This document shows positions 9,277-19,215 of a stretch of DNA of 64,000 nucleotides, piece by piece (positions within the stretch are counted from its first letter, which is position 1; each line of letters starts with the position of its first letter). This stretch comes from Aquabacterium sp. Its GTDB lineage: Bacteria > Pseudomonadota > Gammaproteobacteria > Burkholderiales > Burkholderiaceae_C. Where the stretch lies: NCBI RefSeq assembly GCF_036279675.1, contig NZ_DASUIS010000150.1:1877-65876 (forward strand), written 5' to 3'. Position numbers and translations under genes: made by a program. Under the pieces are notes generated by a model. That model made no database searches, had not been told where the DNA came from, and saw nothing but the letters and a program-made list of their open reading frames with translations.

Positions 9277-10911
9277 ATGTCTGCTGCGACGGATTCGTCC
9301 TTGCCTGTTGTCATCATCGGGGCCGGTCTGGCCGGTTTGACGGTTGCATTGCACCTGGCGGAAACCCAACCCGTGATCGTGCTGGCCAAGCGCCAGCTGG
9401 AAGAGGGCGCCACAGCCTGGGCACAGGGCGGCATCGTCGGCGTGCTGGGCAGCGATGACAGCATCGACTCCCATGTGCGTGACACCCAGGAGGCCGGTGC
9501 CGGCCTGGTGGACGAGCGCACGGCTGAATTCATTGCCCGCCACAGTGCCGAGGCGGTGGAGTGGCTGGTGGCACGAGGCGTGCCGTTCTCGCCCGATCCG
9601 GACGGCCCGCTGGGCCTGCACCTGACGCGTGAAGGTGGCCATGCCGTGCGCCGCATTGCGCACGCGGCCGATGCCACGGGCAAGGCCATCCACGATGTGC
9701 TGCTGGCCGAGGTCAAGCGCCATCCCAATATCCAGTTGCGTGAGAAGTGGATGGCGATCGATCTGATCACCAACCGGCATCTCAAGAAGTCCGCGCAGGA
9801 GCAGCAGGAGGCACAACGTTGCCACGGCGTGTATGCGCTGGACATCGAAACCCAGCGTGTGGAAACGATGGCCGCGTCGGCTGTGGTGCTGGCCACCGGT
9901 GGTGCCGGCAAGGTGTACCGCTACACCACCAATCCTGAGACATCGACGGGTGATGGCATCGCCATGGCCTGGCGTGCGGGCTGCCGTGTGGGCAACATGG
10001 AGTTCATCCAGTTCCACCCGACCTGCCTGTACCACCCGCAAGAGCGCAGCTTCCTGATCACCGAAGCGTTGCGAGGCGAAGGCGGCATCCTGCGCTTGCC
10101 CGACGGCACCCGCTTCATGCAGGATCACGACGAGCGCGGCGAGCTGGCTCCCCGTGACATCGTCGCCCGCGCCATCGACTTCGAGATGAAGAAGCATGGC
10201 GCCGATCACGTCTGGCTGGATGCCACGCACCTGGGTGAAGCCTTCCTCAAAGAGCATTTCCCGACCATCTACGCGCGCTGCCTGTCACTGGGTATCGACA
10301 TCGCGAAGCAGCCCATTCCGGTTGTGCCGGCCGCCCACTACACCTGTGGTGGCGTGGTGACCGATCTGCATGGCCGTACCGATCTGCCCGGCCTGTATGC
10401 CGTGGGCGAAACCACCTACACCGGCCTGCACGGCGCCAACCGCCTGGCCAGCAACTCCTTGCTGGAATGCGTGGTGCTGGGCAGAACGTGTGCCGAAGAC
10501 GTGCAAGGCCAGATCCCGGCTTCGGCGCCCAAGGTGCCGGCCTGGGACGAAAGCCAGGTGACCGATGCCGATGAGGAAGTGGTCATTGCCCACAACTGGG
10601 ACGAACTGCGCCTCGTGATGTGGAACTACGTGGGCATCGTGCGCACGACGCGCCGCCTGGAGCGGGCCCTGCATCGCATCAAGCTGCTGCGCAGCGAGAT
10701 CGACGATTACTACGCGGCCTTCCGTGTGAGCCGCGACCTGCTGGAGCTGCGCAATCTGGTGGATTGCGCCGAGCTCATCGTGCGTTCTGCCTTGTCACGC
10801 CAGGAAAGCCGCGGCCTGCATTTCAGCCGCGACTACCCGCGCACCTTGCCGGTCAGCTTCCCGACCATCCTGTGCAAGAAGCCCAAGAAGAAGGACGCCT
10901 GGCTGCCCTGA
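9277..10911 (+). CDS. nadB: L-aspartate oxidase
   Basis: 544 aa with FAD site [33 protein letters not shown] and HYTCGGV motifs, and full-length similarity to the NadB architecture. Confidence 0.95.
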   Translation: MSAATDSSLPVVIIGAGLAGLTVALHLAETQPVIVLAKRQLEEGATAWAQGGIVGVLGSDDSIDSHVRDTQEAGAGLVDERTAEFIARHSAEAVEWLVARGVPFSPDPDGPLGLHLTREGGHAVRRIAHAADATGKAIHDVLLAEVKRHPNIQLREKWMAIDLITNRHLKKSAQEQQEAQRCHGVYALDIETQRVETMAASAVVLATGGAGKVYRYTTNPETSTGDGIAMAWRAGCRVGNMEFIQFHPTCLYHPQERSFLITEALRGEGGILRLPDGTRFMQDHDERGELAPRDIVARAIDFEMKKHGADHVWLDATHLGEAFLKEHFPTIYARCLSLGIDIAKQPIPVVPAAHYTCGGVVTDLHGRTDLPGLYAVGETTYTGLHGANRLASNSLLECVVLGRTCAEDVQGQIPASAPKVPAWDESQVTDADEEVVIAHNWDELRLVMWNYVGIVRTTRRLERALHRIKLLRSEIDDYYAAFRVSRDLLELRNLVDCAELIVRSALSRQESRGLHFSRDYPRTLPVSFPTILCKKPKKKDAWLP

Positions 10912-10926
10912 GCGCGCCATGACGCG

Positions 10927-11823
10927 TCAGTGCGCCGTGAACTGCGTCAACCAGTCCAGGTTGGCGTTGAGCGTCCAGGCCGCGGTGCCAGTCTGCCAGC
11001 CCGTGTCCAGGCTGTTCTGATTGCTCAGGCAGCCTTTGGCGCGGAAGTAGCAGTGGTCCGCCGAGCCATCCTGCACTTCGCTTTTGAGCACCATGCGCCA
11101 GCCGCTGCCGTCCGGCTGCAGGCAGGTGGTGCCGGTACAGGCGTAGCCGCTCACCGCCACGCTGCTGGCCCTCACGGTTGATTGGCTGCCGCCCCCATAG
11201 ATGTCGTTTTCGCCGTTGATCACGCGCAGCCTGGCTTGAGGCAAGACGCGGTTGCCGTTGCCCACGCAGGCGTTCACGTTGTAGATGATGTAGTTCTTGT
11301 GCGCACCGGAGGCGTAGACGGCTTCCACGCGCGAGTCGAAGTTCTTGGACAGGATGCCCAGCAAGGCCCCCTGGCTGAAGCCGCCGACCACGATGCCCTT
11401 GCTGCAATCAGCCTGGTCACGTGAGCACAGGGCTGTAACCGCGCTTTGGGCGCTGGCTTGATCGAAGATGCACTTGCTGCGGGTGTTGAGGGTGTTGCAG
11501 TAGCCCATGGCCGAGTTGGCGTACTGGATGGTGGCGGCCACATAGCCACGATCGGCCATGCCTTGCACTGCCGCCATGGCCTGGGCGTTGTCATAGGTGT
11601 CGCTCGTACCCACCATGTAGATGAACACGGGATGCCGACTTGAGTCGGCAGGTTCCTTGCCTTTGATCTGGTAGGTGGTGTTGCAACTGCTCGATCCACC
11701 TTTGTAGGTGCTCGTGAAGTCCGCGGTGGCAGCGCGCGCAGGCAAGGAAAGGGCCAGCAGGGCGGCAGCAAGTGGGGTGATGGCGGCACGGAGGCCACCG
11801 AGGCAGAAAAGGTGCTTGAACAT
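10927..11823 (-). CDS. secreted Cys-rich alpha/beta-hydrolase (carboxylesterase-like)
   Basis: Start at Met 11823 gives MFKHLFCLGGLRAAITPLAAALLALSLPARA (signal peptide). It has a nucleophile-elbow VVGGFSQGALLG and 10 Cys in the mature part. The specific substrate is not inferable. Confidence 0.7.
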   Translation of the reverse strand: MFKHLFCLGGLRAAITPLAAALLALSLPARAATADFTSTYKGGSSSCNTTYQIKGKEPADSSRHPVFIYMVGTSDTYDNAQAMAAVQGMADRGYVAATIQYANSAMGYCNTLNTRSKCIFDQASAQSAVTALCSRDQADCSKGIVVGGFSQGALLGILSKNFDSRVEAVYASGAHKNYIIYNVNACVGNGNRVLPQARLRVINGENDIYGGGSQSTVRASSVAVSGYACTGTTCLQPDGSGWRMVLKSEVQDGSADHCYFRAKGCLSNQNSLDTGWQTGTAAWTLNANLDWLTQFTAH

Positions 11824-11947
11824 GGGCGTCTCCGATTGAAAGTGGCCCATGCTGGCGCGGCTCACCTGACGACGATGTCGGTGGGTCGACAAAATGCGGG
11901 TTTGTTTGCCTCGGGCGAACCCGGGTGTGAGGCTGCTTCCTGTTCGC

Positions 11948-12247
11948 TCAGCGCCTTGCGCGCATGGCGTAGCGTGCCTGCACGAACTCGAAGGCGAACT
12001 TGACGGCGTCCTGGATCAACTGCTCGCTGTCCTGGCGCTCTTTCTCGGTCATGTGGAAGGCGAGGTCCACCTGGTGGCGGATGTAGCGAGGCGGCAGGCG
12101 ATTGAGCGCCACGCAGGCCACGTCCGGCAGGTGATCCTTCTTGAGAAGCGGGTAGTTCGGCGCCAGATCAAGGACCTGGTCCACCACTTGTTTCTCGTAA
12201 TAGTTGTGCAGGGTTGTGAAGTCGGCGGCCATGGCGATGGTGTCCAT
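11948..12247 (-). CDS. ComFB-family small protein
   Basis: 99 aa. The pattern LHNYYEKQVVDQVL..LPDVACVALNRLPPRYIRH matches the ComFB (late competence development protein) signature. Assignment is from memory. Confidence 0.7.
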   Translation of the reverse strand: MDTIAMAADFTTLHNYYEKQVVDQVLDLAPNYPLLKKDHLPDVACVALNRLPPRYIRHQVDLAFHMTEKERQDSEQLIQDAVKFAFEFVQARYAMRARR

Positions 12248-12349
12248 CCCTATCGAGACAAACGGCAGTGTCGCCCAGCCCGGCTTTCCTGTGTCGTGAA
12301 AAATGGGGCTTTAAGCGCGGCTTGTTGGCCCAATTTCCAGCGGCCTTGA

Positions 12350-13258
12350 TCAGGCGCCGATGCGCTCCAGCACGCGCAGCGAGAAGTCCACGGCCTTGAC
12401 GTCCTTGGTCAGCTTGCCGATCGAGATGCGGTCCACGCCGGTCACGGCGATGTCGCGGAGTTGGTCCAGGGTGACGCCACCCGAGACTTCCAGCAAAGCC
12501 TCGCCCGCAGCCATTTCCTTGTTGATGGCCACGGCCGCACGCATCATGTCGTAGTCGAAGTTGTCCAGCAGGACGCTCAGTGCACCGGCGGCCAGGGCTT
12601 CGCGCAGTTCATCGAGGTTTTCTACTTCGACCTGGATGGTGATCTGTTCGCGCTGCGGCGAGGGCTGGGAGGCCACCAGGGCCTGGGCGTTCTTCACGGC
12701 GGCCGTCACGCTGCCGGCGGCGGCGATGTGGTTTTCCTTGATCAGGATGCCGTCATACAGGGCCAGGCGCTGGTTGGCGCCACCACCGATGCGCACGGCG
12801 TACTTCTGCGCCAGACGCAGGCCGGGCAGGGTCTTGCGGGTATCGAGCACCACGCAACCACGCGGGTTGGGCGAGGCGCCTTCGATCGCCTTCATGTGGC
12901 GATGGGTGAGGGTGGCCACGGCCGACAGCGTCTGCAGGAAGTTGATGCCCGGACGCTCGGCCGTCAGCATGGCGCGTGCATCGCACTCGATCAGGCACAC
13001 CTCGGTGTCAGGCGACATCAGGGTGCCTTCCGCATAGGCCCAGGTGATGCTGGCTTGGGGGTCGAGCTTGAACAGGCAGGCCTCGAACCAGTCGCGGCCG
13101 CACAGCACGGCCTCTTCACGCACGATCAGGCGCGACTTCACGCGCTGGCCGGCGGGTACCAGTTGCGCAGTCCAGTCGCACACGCCGACGTCTTCGAACA
13201 GGGCGTCGCGCACATTGCGTTCGCGGGCTTCTTGCAGGGTCTCGTTGTGGTCAAACAT
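12350..13258 (-). CDS. nadC: nicotinate-nucleotide diphosphorylase (quinolinate phosphoribosyltransferase)
   Basis: 302 aa. LDTRKTLPGLRLAQKYAVRIGGGANQRLALYDGILIKENH and the C-terminal VDRISIGKLT are typical of NadC. Confidence 0.95.
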   Translation of the reverse strand: MFDHNETLQEARERNVRDALFEDVGVCDWTAQLVPAGQRVKSRLIVREEAVLCGRDWFEACLFKLDPQASITWAYAEGTLMSPDTEVCLIECDARAMLTAERPGINFLQTLSAVATLTHRHMKAIEGASPNPRGCVVLDTRKTLPGLRLAQKYAVRIGGGANQRLALYDGILIKENHIAAAGSVTAAVKNAQALVASQPSPQREQITIQVEVENLDELREALAAGALSVLLDNFDYDMMRAAVAINKEMAAGEALLEVSGGVTLDQLRDIAVTGVDRISIGKLTKDVKAVDFSLRVLERIGA

Positions 13259-13278
13259 GATGGATCGATACCGATGAG

Positions 13279-14412
13279 TCAGGCCGCGCCGATGTTGGGC
13301 ACGAAGCCTTGCGCGGGTTTGGTGATGGCGGCCGGGTTTTTCGAGACGAAGTCCAGCATCCGGTCGATGCAGCCATGGGCCTTCACGCGGATGGCTTCTT
13401 CCACCGTGATCTCGCCCACGCCCTTTTCCAGGCAGTCCAGCACGCCTTGCAGGCCATTCATGGCCATCCAGGGGCAGTGCGCGCAGCTCTTGCAGGTGGC
13501 GCTGTTGCCGGCCGTCGGGGCTTCGATCAACACCTTCGTGGGCGCCATCTGGCGCATGCGGTGCAGGATGCCGTTGTCGGTGGCCACGATGAACTCGGGC
13601 GCGTCGGACTCGATCACGGCCTTGAGCAATTGCGAGGTCGAGCCCACCACATCGGCCTGGGCCACCACGCTCTCGGGTGATTCAGGGTGCACCAGCACCA
13701 GGGCCTTGGGGTGATCCTTCTTGAGCAGATCCAGCTCCAGGCCCTTGAACTCGTCGTGCACGATGCAGGCGCCGTTCCACATCAGCATGTCGGCGCCGGT
13801 TTCCTTCTGGATGTAGCGGCCCAGATGGCGATCGGGTGCCCACAGGATCTTCTCGCCTTGTGCCTTCAGGTGGTTGACGATGGACAGGGCGCAGGAGCTG
13901 GTCACCATCCAGTCGGCGCGGGCCTTCACGGCGGCGCTGGTGTTGGCATACACCACGACCTTGCGATCCGGGTGGGCGTCGCAGAATGTGATGAAGTCGT
14001 CGGCCGGGCAGCCCAGATCGAGCGAACAGGTGGCGTCCAGATCGGGCATCAGCACGCGCTTGTCGGGGCTCAGGATCTTGGACGATTCGCCCATGAACTT
14101 CACGCCGGCCACGATCAGGGTCTGGGCGCTGTGGTCACGGCCAAAGCGCGCCATCTCCAGGGAGTCCGACACGCAGCCACCCGTTTCCTGCGCCAGATCC
14201 TGCAGGTCGCCGTCGACGTAGTAGTGGGCCACGAGCACGGCATTGCGCTCTTTCAGCAGGGTTTTGATGCGCGCCTTGATGTCAGCCTTGGCGTCTGCAC
14301 TCAGCGGGGCAGGCACCTTGGCCCAGGCGTGGGCCGTGCAGGTGGCGCCGGTGGCGTCCTGCAGGTCATAGTCATACGAGACGGTGTTGGCGTCAGTGTG
14401 GGCGGAGCTCAT
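13279..14412 (-). CDS. nadA: quinolinate synthase
   Basis: 377 aa. [22 protein letters not shown], and [11 protein letters not shown] (Fe-S Cys) are typical of NadA. The ATG overlaps the stop of the upstream PAP2 gene (ATGA at 14409-14412). Confidence 0.95.
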   Translation of the reverse strand: MSSAHTDANTVSYDYDLQDATGATCTAHAWAKVPAPLSADAKADIKARIKTLLKERNAVLVAHYYVDGDLQDLAQETGGCVSDSLEMARFGRDHSAQTLIVAGVKFMGESSKILSPDKRVLMPDLDATCSLDLGCPADDFITFCDAHPDRKVVVYANTSAAVKARADWMVTSSCALSIVNHLKAQGEKILWAPDRHLGRYIQKETGADMLMWNGACIVHDEFKGLELDLLKKDHPKALVLVHPESPESVVAQADVVGSTSQLLKAVIESDAPEFIVATDNGILHRMRQMAPTKVLIEAPTAGNSATCKSCAHCPWMAMNGLQGVLDCLEKGVGEITVEEAIRVKAHGCIDRMLDFVSKNPAAITKPAQGFVPNIGAA

Positions 14413-15170
14413 GGTGTCGAACGGGAAAGTCGCTTTCTATCGGCCCAGGCTACCAGTTCGCACGATAACCATATGGCGTAGAAGGCAAAGATGATGTCGC
14501 TGAGGAAGTGGCCACCTTGCAGCATGCGGCCAAAGCCCACCGCGGCGCCTGTCACCGTGCCGATCAGCAGCCAGCGGCGGCGCCACACGGGGCCGCAGGT
14601 CAGGCCCAGGCTCATCAGGGCAAAGCCAGCGGCGGCATGGCTGCTCACGAAGCTGCGATGGTTGGCGGTATCGTCGCCCGGCGTGAAAGGGCCATGATAG
14701 GCCTCGGTACCGCCAAACTGCACGACCTGAACGGGGCGAGGGCGGCCCATCAGGCCTTTGCACAGTCCTTCGATCACCAGCCCGTTGCCGAGCAGCGCGC
14801 AGCACACGGTCATGGTCGCGAGGTGTCGCCAGGGGCCCATCGCCTTGCGGGCCTGTTCTTCTCGCCCGGTCTTGTGCAGGACGCGGGCGATCAAGGGGGC
14901 CAGCATGGCAAACAGCGCCAGTACCAGCACCAGGCCACGGCCAATCAGGGGCGTCCAGTCATAAAGGGCGCGCACCACCACGTCATCACGGTGGAAGAAG
15001 CCCTGCTCGGCGTTCCAGTAGTTCACCGACACCAGCAAATCAAGGCCCGGGAACTGCGCAAAGGTGGCGAGCGAGAAGAACAGGCCTGCCCAGATCAGCC
15101 GGGTGTCCAGCTCATCGGGGTCCTGCTCTTGAAGATGACGTCTAGAACGGCGTCTGGTCTCACTGATCAT
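14409..15170 (-). CDS. PAP2-family lipid phosphatase (LpxE/LpxF/PgpB-like)
   Basis: Membrane protein with the three PAP2 motifs: [17 protein letters not shown], and [12 protein letters not shown]. Start is set to Met 15170 (MISETRRR), overlapping the upstream GT39 stop by 11 nt. Confidence 0.8.
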   Translation of the reverse strand: MISETRRRSRRHLQEQDPDELDTRLIWAGLFFSLATFAQFPGLDLLVSVNYWNAEQGFFHRDDVVVRALYDWTPLIGRGLVLVLALFAMLAPLIARVLHKTGREEQARKAMGPWRHLATMTVCCALLGNGLVIEGLCKGLMGRPRPVQVVQFGGTEAYHGPFTPGDDTANHRSFVSSHAAAGFALMSLGLTCGPVWRRRWLLIGTVTGAAVGFGRMLQGGHFLSDIIFAFYAIWLSCELVAWADRKRLSRSTP

Positions 15171-16959
15171 CAGTTGTAGAGGGCTTGTCGGCACCACTTT
15201 GTTCCAGATAGGTCTTCTGGTCATAGCCCAGGAATCCGCGCAGGAAGAAGAGGTGCATCTCGACGTTGCGATCAGGACCGACCGCAATCGACGTGGATTT
15301 CATGTGGCGGATGATGGCAAAACGCTTGGTGATCTCATCCGGCTTGGGATTGCTGGTCAGCAGCAACACGTCTGCACCCACCTTGTTGGGCAGGCTGCGC
15401 GTCATCTCATAGTGGTCCTGGCGTTGCTGCTTGGGGTTCCATGCGAGCGTCTGCACGTTGTAGCGGCGCCAGTGGTAGGCGGCTTCCGTGATGAACAGGC
15501 GCGAGTCGGTCAAAACCGGCAGGCCGGTGACCACAGGGTCTTCCAGTTCGGGGGCCAGGTCGGCAAAGGCTTCCTGCCAGCCACGCATGCGCACGAGCAC
15601 GTCGTACTTGGATGGCAAGGTCGGGCCCACCACATCACGCAAATGCAGGGTGATGGAGGTCAGGATCAGGTTGCTGGCCAGCACGGCGATCAGCCAGTTG
15701 GCCGGACGCGGCGCGGCCAGGGGCACCAGCGGTGCACTCAGGCGCGAGGCGATCAGCAAGGTGAAGCCAACCATGGAGGGGGCCGCCCAGTTCACGTGCG
15801 CATCGGCATACAAGGCCTGCACGATGGCGATGGCCTGCAGAGGGATGCTCATGGCCCACAGGAAACGATAGCTGGACACCGAGGCCAGGTAGTAGGCCGA
15901 ATTACGCACCACGGGGCGCTTCGCAGCCTGCTCACCTTGCCCGCCAGGCTGGCTGGGCATCGTGGCCTGGGTCGAGTTCTTCCACTGGCTGGGGGGCATC
16001 ATCTGGCTGGACGCGGCCCACTGGCTGGTGGGGGCCGTGTTGCCAGGCATGCTGGTGCCAGGGGCAGGCTGACGCTTGTACAGCCAGAGGCCTGCGATCA
16101 CGGCCACGGGGCCGAGCATCAACACCTGACCGGCCAGGAACACCAGCGTGGGCAGAATGCCGCCTGAGCGATCCGATTGCGCCGTCAGTTCGACCGTGTG
16201 CTGCAATGTCGGGAAGCCATTGGCGGCATTCCACATCAGGTTGGGCGACAGCAGCGCCAGTGCCACGATCATGGCGACCCAGGGGCCTGGGCGCAACAAG
16301 CCGCGTTGCGGGCCATGCACGGCCCACAGCGTCCAGATGGCGGTGATGGCAAAGGCTGCCATGGTGTATTTGCCCATCAGGCCCACGCCGCAGGCCACAC
16401 CCAGAAGCACCCAATGGCTCATGCGATTGGTGACCTGCGCACGCCACAAGGCCCAGGAGGCCAGCGTCCAGCACAGGATGAGCGGCGCATCGGTTGACGC
16501 GAACATGCCCATGAGCCCGACCATCGGGATGGTCATGAACAGGGCCGCCGCCACCATGCCCGTGCGCACGCCGCTGCTGGTTGGCCACAGCGCGCGAGCC
16601 AGGCCCACCATGCACAAGGCCGTTGCGGGGTACAGCAGCATGGTCAGGGCCTTCACGCCCAGCACACCGGAGCCGAACAAGGTCGTGCTCAGCCAGATCA
16701 GGCCGGCGATCAGCGGTGGCTTGGAGAAGTAACCCCAGGCCAGGTGCTTGGACCAATCCCAGTACTGGGCTTCGTCAAAGAACAGCGAGATGCCGGAGTG
16801 ACGAACCACCCACAAACGATAGGCGAACAGCACGGCTACCAGGGCCAGCAGTTTCCACATGCGAGGGCCCCAGATCTTGGGCCAGCGTTGTCCTGATGGA
16901 CGTTTCGCCACCGGTGCAGCGCCGGTGGAAACAACAAGAGCATTGGTGGGTTGGTTCAT
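15160..16959 (-). CDS. ArnT-like glycosyltransferase family 39, paralogue 2
   Basis: 599 aa and polytopic. The N-terminal SLFFDEAQYWDWSKHLAWGYFSKPPLIAGLIW is an ArnT/PMT-type DE..Y..PP loop. It contains a Q/S/P-rich insertion (about aa 296-350). Confidence 0.85.
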   Translation of the reverse strand: MNQPTNALVVSTGAAPVAKRPSGQRWPKIWGPRMWKLLALVAVLFAYRLWVVRHSGISLFFDEAQYWDWSKHLAWGYFSKPPLIAGLIWLSTTLFGSGVLGVKALTMLLYPATALCMVGLARALWPTSSGVRTGMVAAALFMTIPMVGLMGMFASTDAPLILCWTLASWALWRAQVTNRMSHWVLLGVACGVGLMGKYTMAAFAITAIWTLWAVHGPQRGLLRPGPWVAMIVALALLSPNLMWNAANGFPTLQHTVELTAQSDRSGGILPTLVFLAGQVLMLGPVAVIAGLWLYKRQPAPGTSMPGNTAPTSQWAASSQMMPPSQWKNSTQATMPSQPGGQGEQAAKRPVVRNSAYYLASVSSYRFLWAMSIPLQAIAIVQALYADAHVNWAAPSMVGFTLLIASRLSAPLVPLAAPRPANWLIAVLASNLILTSITLHLRDVVGPTLPSKYDVLVRMRGWQEAFADLAPELEDPVVTGLPVLTDSRLFITEAAYHWRRYNVQTLAWNPKQQRQDHYEMTRSLPNKVGADVLLLTSNPKPDEITKRFAIIRHMKSTSIAVGPDRNVEMHLFFLRGFLGYDQKTYLEQSGADKPSTTDDQ

Positions 16960-16990
16960 GGTGTGTGGTCAATGACAACAACAAACAACG

Positions 16991-18022
16991 TCAATGGGTC
17001 TGATGCCAGGCGGTGTCGGCATTCAGGTGCGGCGCTTCACTGGTGTGATACGGCGCCACGTCGCCACGGTCGTAATAAATGCGGATCAGCAACTCGGCCA
17101 GCACGCCTGTGGTGAGGAACTGCAACCCACCCAGCACGCAGAAGAAACCCAGCCAGAGCAGCGGTCGCCCGCCGATGTTCTCGCCCATGATTTTCAGCAC
17201 GGCGAGGTAACTCAGAATCAGGCCGCCCACCAGGCCGACGGCCAGGCCTACGCCGCCGAAGAAGTGGCCAGGGCGACCGGAAAAGCGCAGGAAGAAGTTC
17301 ACGGCCAGCAAGTCCAGCACCACGCGCAAGGTGCGCGAGATGCCGTATTTGGATTCACCGCGCGTACGCGCATGGTGGCTAACAGGTTCTTCGGCCATGC
17401 GCGCAGGCGAGGTCACGGTGGCCATCCATGCAGGGATGAAACGGTGCATCTCACCATACAGGCTCACGCGCTTGAGCACGCTGGCGCGGTAGGCCTTGAG
17501 GCTGCAGCCCAGATCCTGGAACTCCAGTTGCGTGATCTTGCGGATCAGACGGTTGGCAATGCGTGAAGGCACCTTGCGCAGCCACAGGCCATCCTGGCGG
17601 TTCTGACGCCAGCCGGCGACCAGGTCCAGGTCCTCCTTGAGCAGGCGCGCGACCAGTTTGGGGATGTCCTTGGGGTCGTTTTGCAGGTCACCGTCCAGGG
17701 TCACGATGACGTCACCACGGGCAGCATCAATGCCGGCCTGCATGGCGGCCGTCTGGCGGAAGTTGCGCCACAGGTGGATGGGGCGCACGTGGGGGCCGCG
17801 CAGGCGAGCCTGTTCATCGAGTGCCTGTTGTGTGCCGTCGCGGCTGCCATCGTTGACGATGATCAGTTCCCATTCGAAGGGGTAGTTGCCCAAAGCATCG
17901 TGAACGGCCGTGACGAAGGGTTCGACGTTGTCGACTTCGTTGTACATCGGCACGACCACGGTCAGGCGGTGGTTGGGCACGGCATCGGTAGAGACGGGCT
18001 TGGCCGTCGGGGCAACAGTCAT
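16991..18022 (-). CDS. GT2 polyprenyl-phosphate sugar synthase (ArnC/DPM1-like)
   Basis: LTVVVPMYNEVDNVEPFV..WELIIVNDGSRDGT..VTLDGDLQNDP, plus two C-terminal TM helices as in ArnC/GtrB. ATG 18022 is preferred over the TTG at 18040. Confidence 0.85.
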   Translation of the reverse strand: MTVAPTAKPVSTDAVPNHRLTVVVPMYNEVDNVEPFVTAVHDALGNYPFEWELIIVNDGSRDGTQQALDEQARLRGPHVRPIHLWRNFRQTAAMQAGIDAARGDVIVTLDGDLQNDPKDIPKLVARLLKEDLDLVAGWRQNRQDGLWLRKVPSRIANRLIRKITQLEFQDLGCSLKAYRASVLKRVSLYGEMHRFIPAWMATVTSPARMAEEPVSHHARTRGESKYGISRTLRVVLDLLAVNFFLRFSGRPGHFFGGVGLAVGLVGGLILSYLAVLKIMGENIGGRPLLWLGFFCVLGGLQFLTTGVLAELLIRIYYDRGDVAPYHTSEAPHLNADTAWHQTH

Positions 18023-18055
18023 GACTTCACTTTCTCGCAAACAAACCCGCCCCTG

Positions 18056-19126
18056 CTAGTCAGGATGACGAGCAGAGGGCGTACCCTGACGCGCACGGGG
18101 CTGGTTGGCCCAGGACAAAACAGATGCCAGTGCGCCCGCCAGGACAGCGCACAGCAGAAAACAGACATGCAGAGCCAGCGCCGCGCTCACCGCGTGCGAC
18201 AGGGCTGCCGATTGTGCCGGCAGATGGGCGGCCATGCCGGCCCAGACGCCCGCCTCGTAAGTGCCAAAGCCCGCCGGCCCCTGCAGCGGCACGATGGCCG
18301 CCAATTCTCCACCCAAAGCACCCGCCCAGGAGGTCAGCCACGGTGCGGTGCTGACAGCTGACAACAAGCAGGCGCCGGCAGCCAGTTTCAGACTCCAGTT
18401 GGCCAGCGTGGCCAGCCAGGCCAGCGGGTGGTGATGTTCGGGCTCCAGCAGCGCTTGCCTGAGTTTGAGCATCAAGCTGGCCAGTTTGCCTGTAGCCGGC
18501 TCATCGGCATGACGGGCAAACCACGTGCGTGACAGGTAACCCAGGGTCAGCCAGCCCGCCCACATGGCGGCAAAGCCTGCACCACGCAGCCAAAGCGACA
18601 GGCCCGGCCACAACAGCAAGCCCAGCACGGCCAGGATCACAACATCCTGCACGCGCATCCAGAGCAGGCAGGCCACGGCACGCGTCACCGGCATGCCCAG
18701 TTCGCGCGAGGCCAGCCAGGGAAAACTCAGCTCGCCAGCACGCATGGGCAGCAGATTGATGGCGGCGTTGTGCATGAGGATCACACGCAGGGCATCGGTG
18801 CGCACGCCCAGCCAGCGATGCGGTGCCTTGTGATGGCCTTCCAGATTGAGCACAACCTGCAGGCGGGCAGCGCGCAGCACATAGCTGACGAGCAAACCGC
18901 CCAGCGTGATGACCCAGGTCGGCCAGCTCGGGCGGGTGAAAGCCTGCGCCACTTGCTCGAACGGGGTGCGCGACAGCAGCCAGACGAGCAAACCCAGCCC
19001 CAGGCCCCAGGCCAGGCCCTTTTTGAGCAGGCCACCACGAACCGCACCGGACTGGGCGGGGGTGTCAGTGGCAGATGCGCTGGGTGGTGGCGTCACAGGA
19101 TCGGGGTATGGCGGACAACCCGCCAT
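18056..19126 (-). CDS. flippase-like membrane protein (LPG_synthase_TM / UPF0104 type)
   Basis: Polytopic with RAARLQVVL..NLLPMRAGELSFPW, typical of the lysyl-PG synthase TM/flippase-like family. Start is uncertain: ATG 19126 or GTG 19198. Confidence 0.65.
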   Translation of the reverse strand: MAGCPPYPDPVTPPPSASATDTPAQSGAVRGGLLKKGLAWGLGLGLLVWLLSRTPFEQVAQAFTRPSWPTWVITLGGLLVSYVLRAARLQVVLNLEGHHKAPHRWLGVRTDALRVILMHNAAINLLPMRAGELSFPWLASRELGMPVTRAVACLLWMRVQDVVILAVLGLLLWPGLSLWLRGAGFAAMWAGWLTLGYLSRTWFARHADEPATGKLASLMLKLRQALLEPEHHHPLAWLATLANWSLKLAAGACLLSAVSTAPWLTSWAGALGGELAAIVPLQGPAGFGTYEAGVWAGMAAHLPAQSAALSHAVSAALALHVCFLLCAVLAGALASVLSWANQPRARQGTPSARHPD

Positions 19127-19215
19127 TGTCCTGCAACTTGATGCCGGTCTGAAACCGCACCCCCTGAAACGACGGTGGCGCACCCTGGGGTGCGCCACGC
19201 GATGGAAGGAAATCT

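Noticed and set aside
15909-16074. Q/S/P-rich, SQW-repeating insertion within GT39 paralogue 2; considered as a possible inserted element or separate feature
   Set aside because: It is in frame, short, and flanked by normal GT39 sequence. It is most simply a disordered periplasmic or cytoplasmic loop.
18056-19198. Whether this polytopic protein could be the missing exosortase of the EPS locus
   Set aside because: It lacks exosortase hallmarks as I recall them (conserved Cys/Arg/His catalytic pattern, ~8 TM plus an EpsI partner). It instead shows the ..NLLPMRAGE.. pattern of LPG_synthase_TM/UPF0104 flippase-like proteins. Its context with GT2/GT39 also fits the latter.
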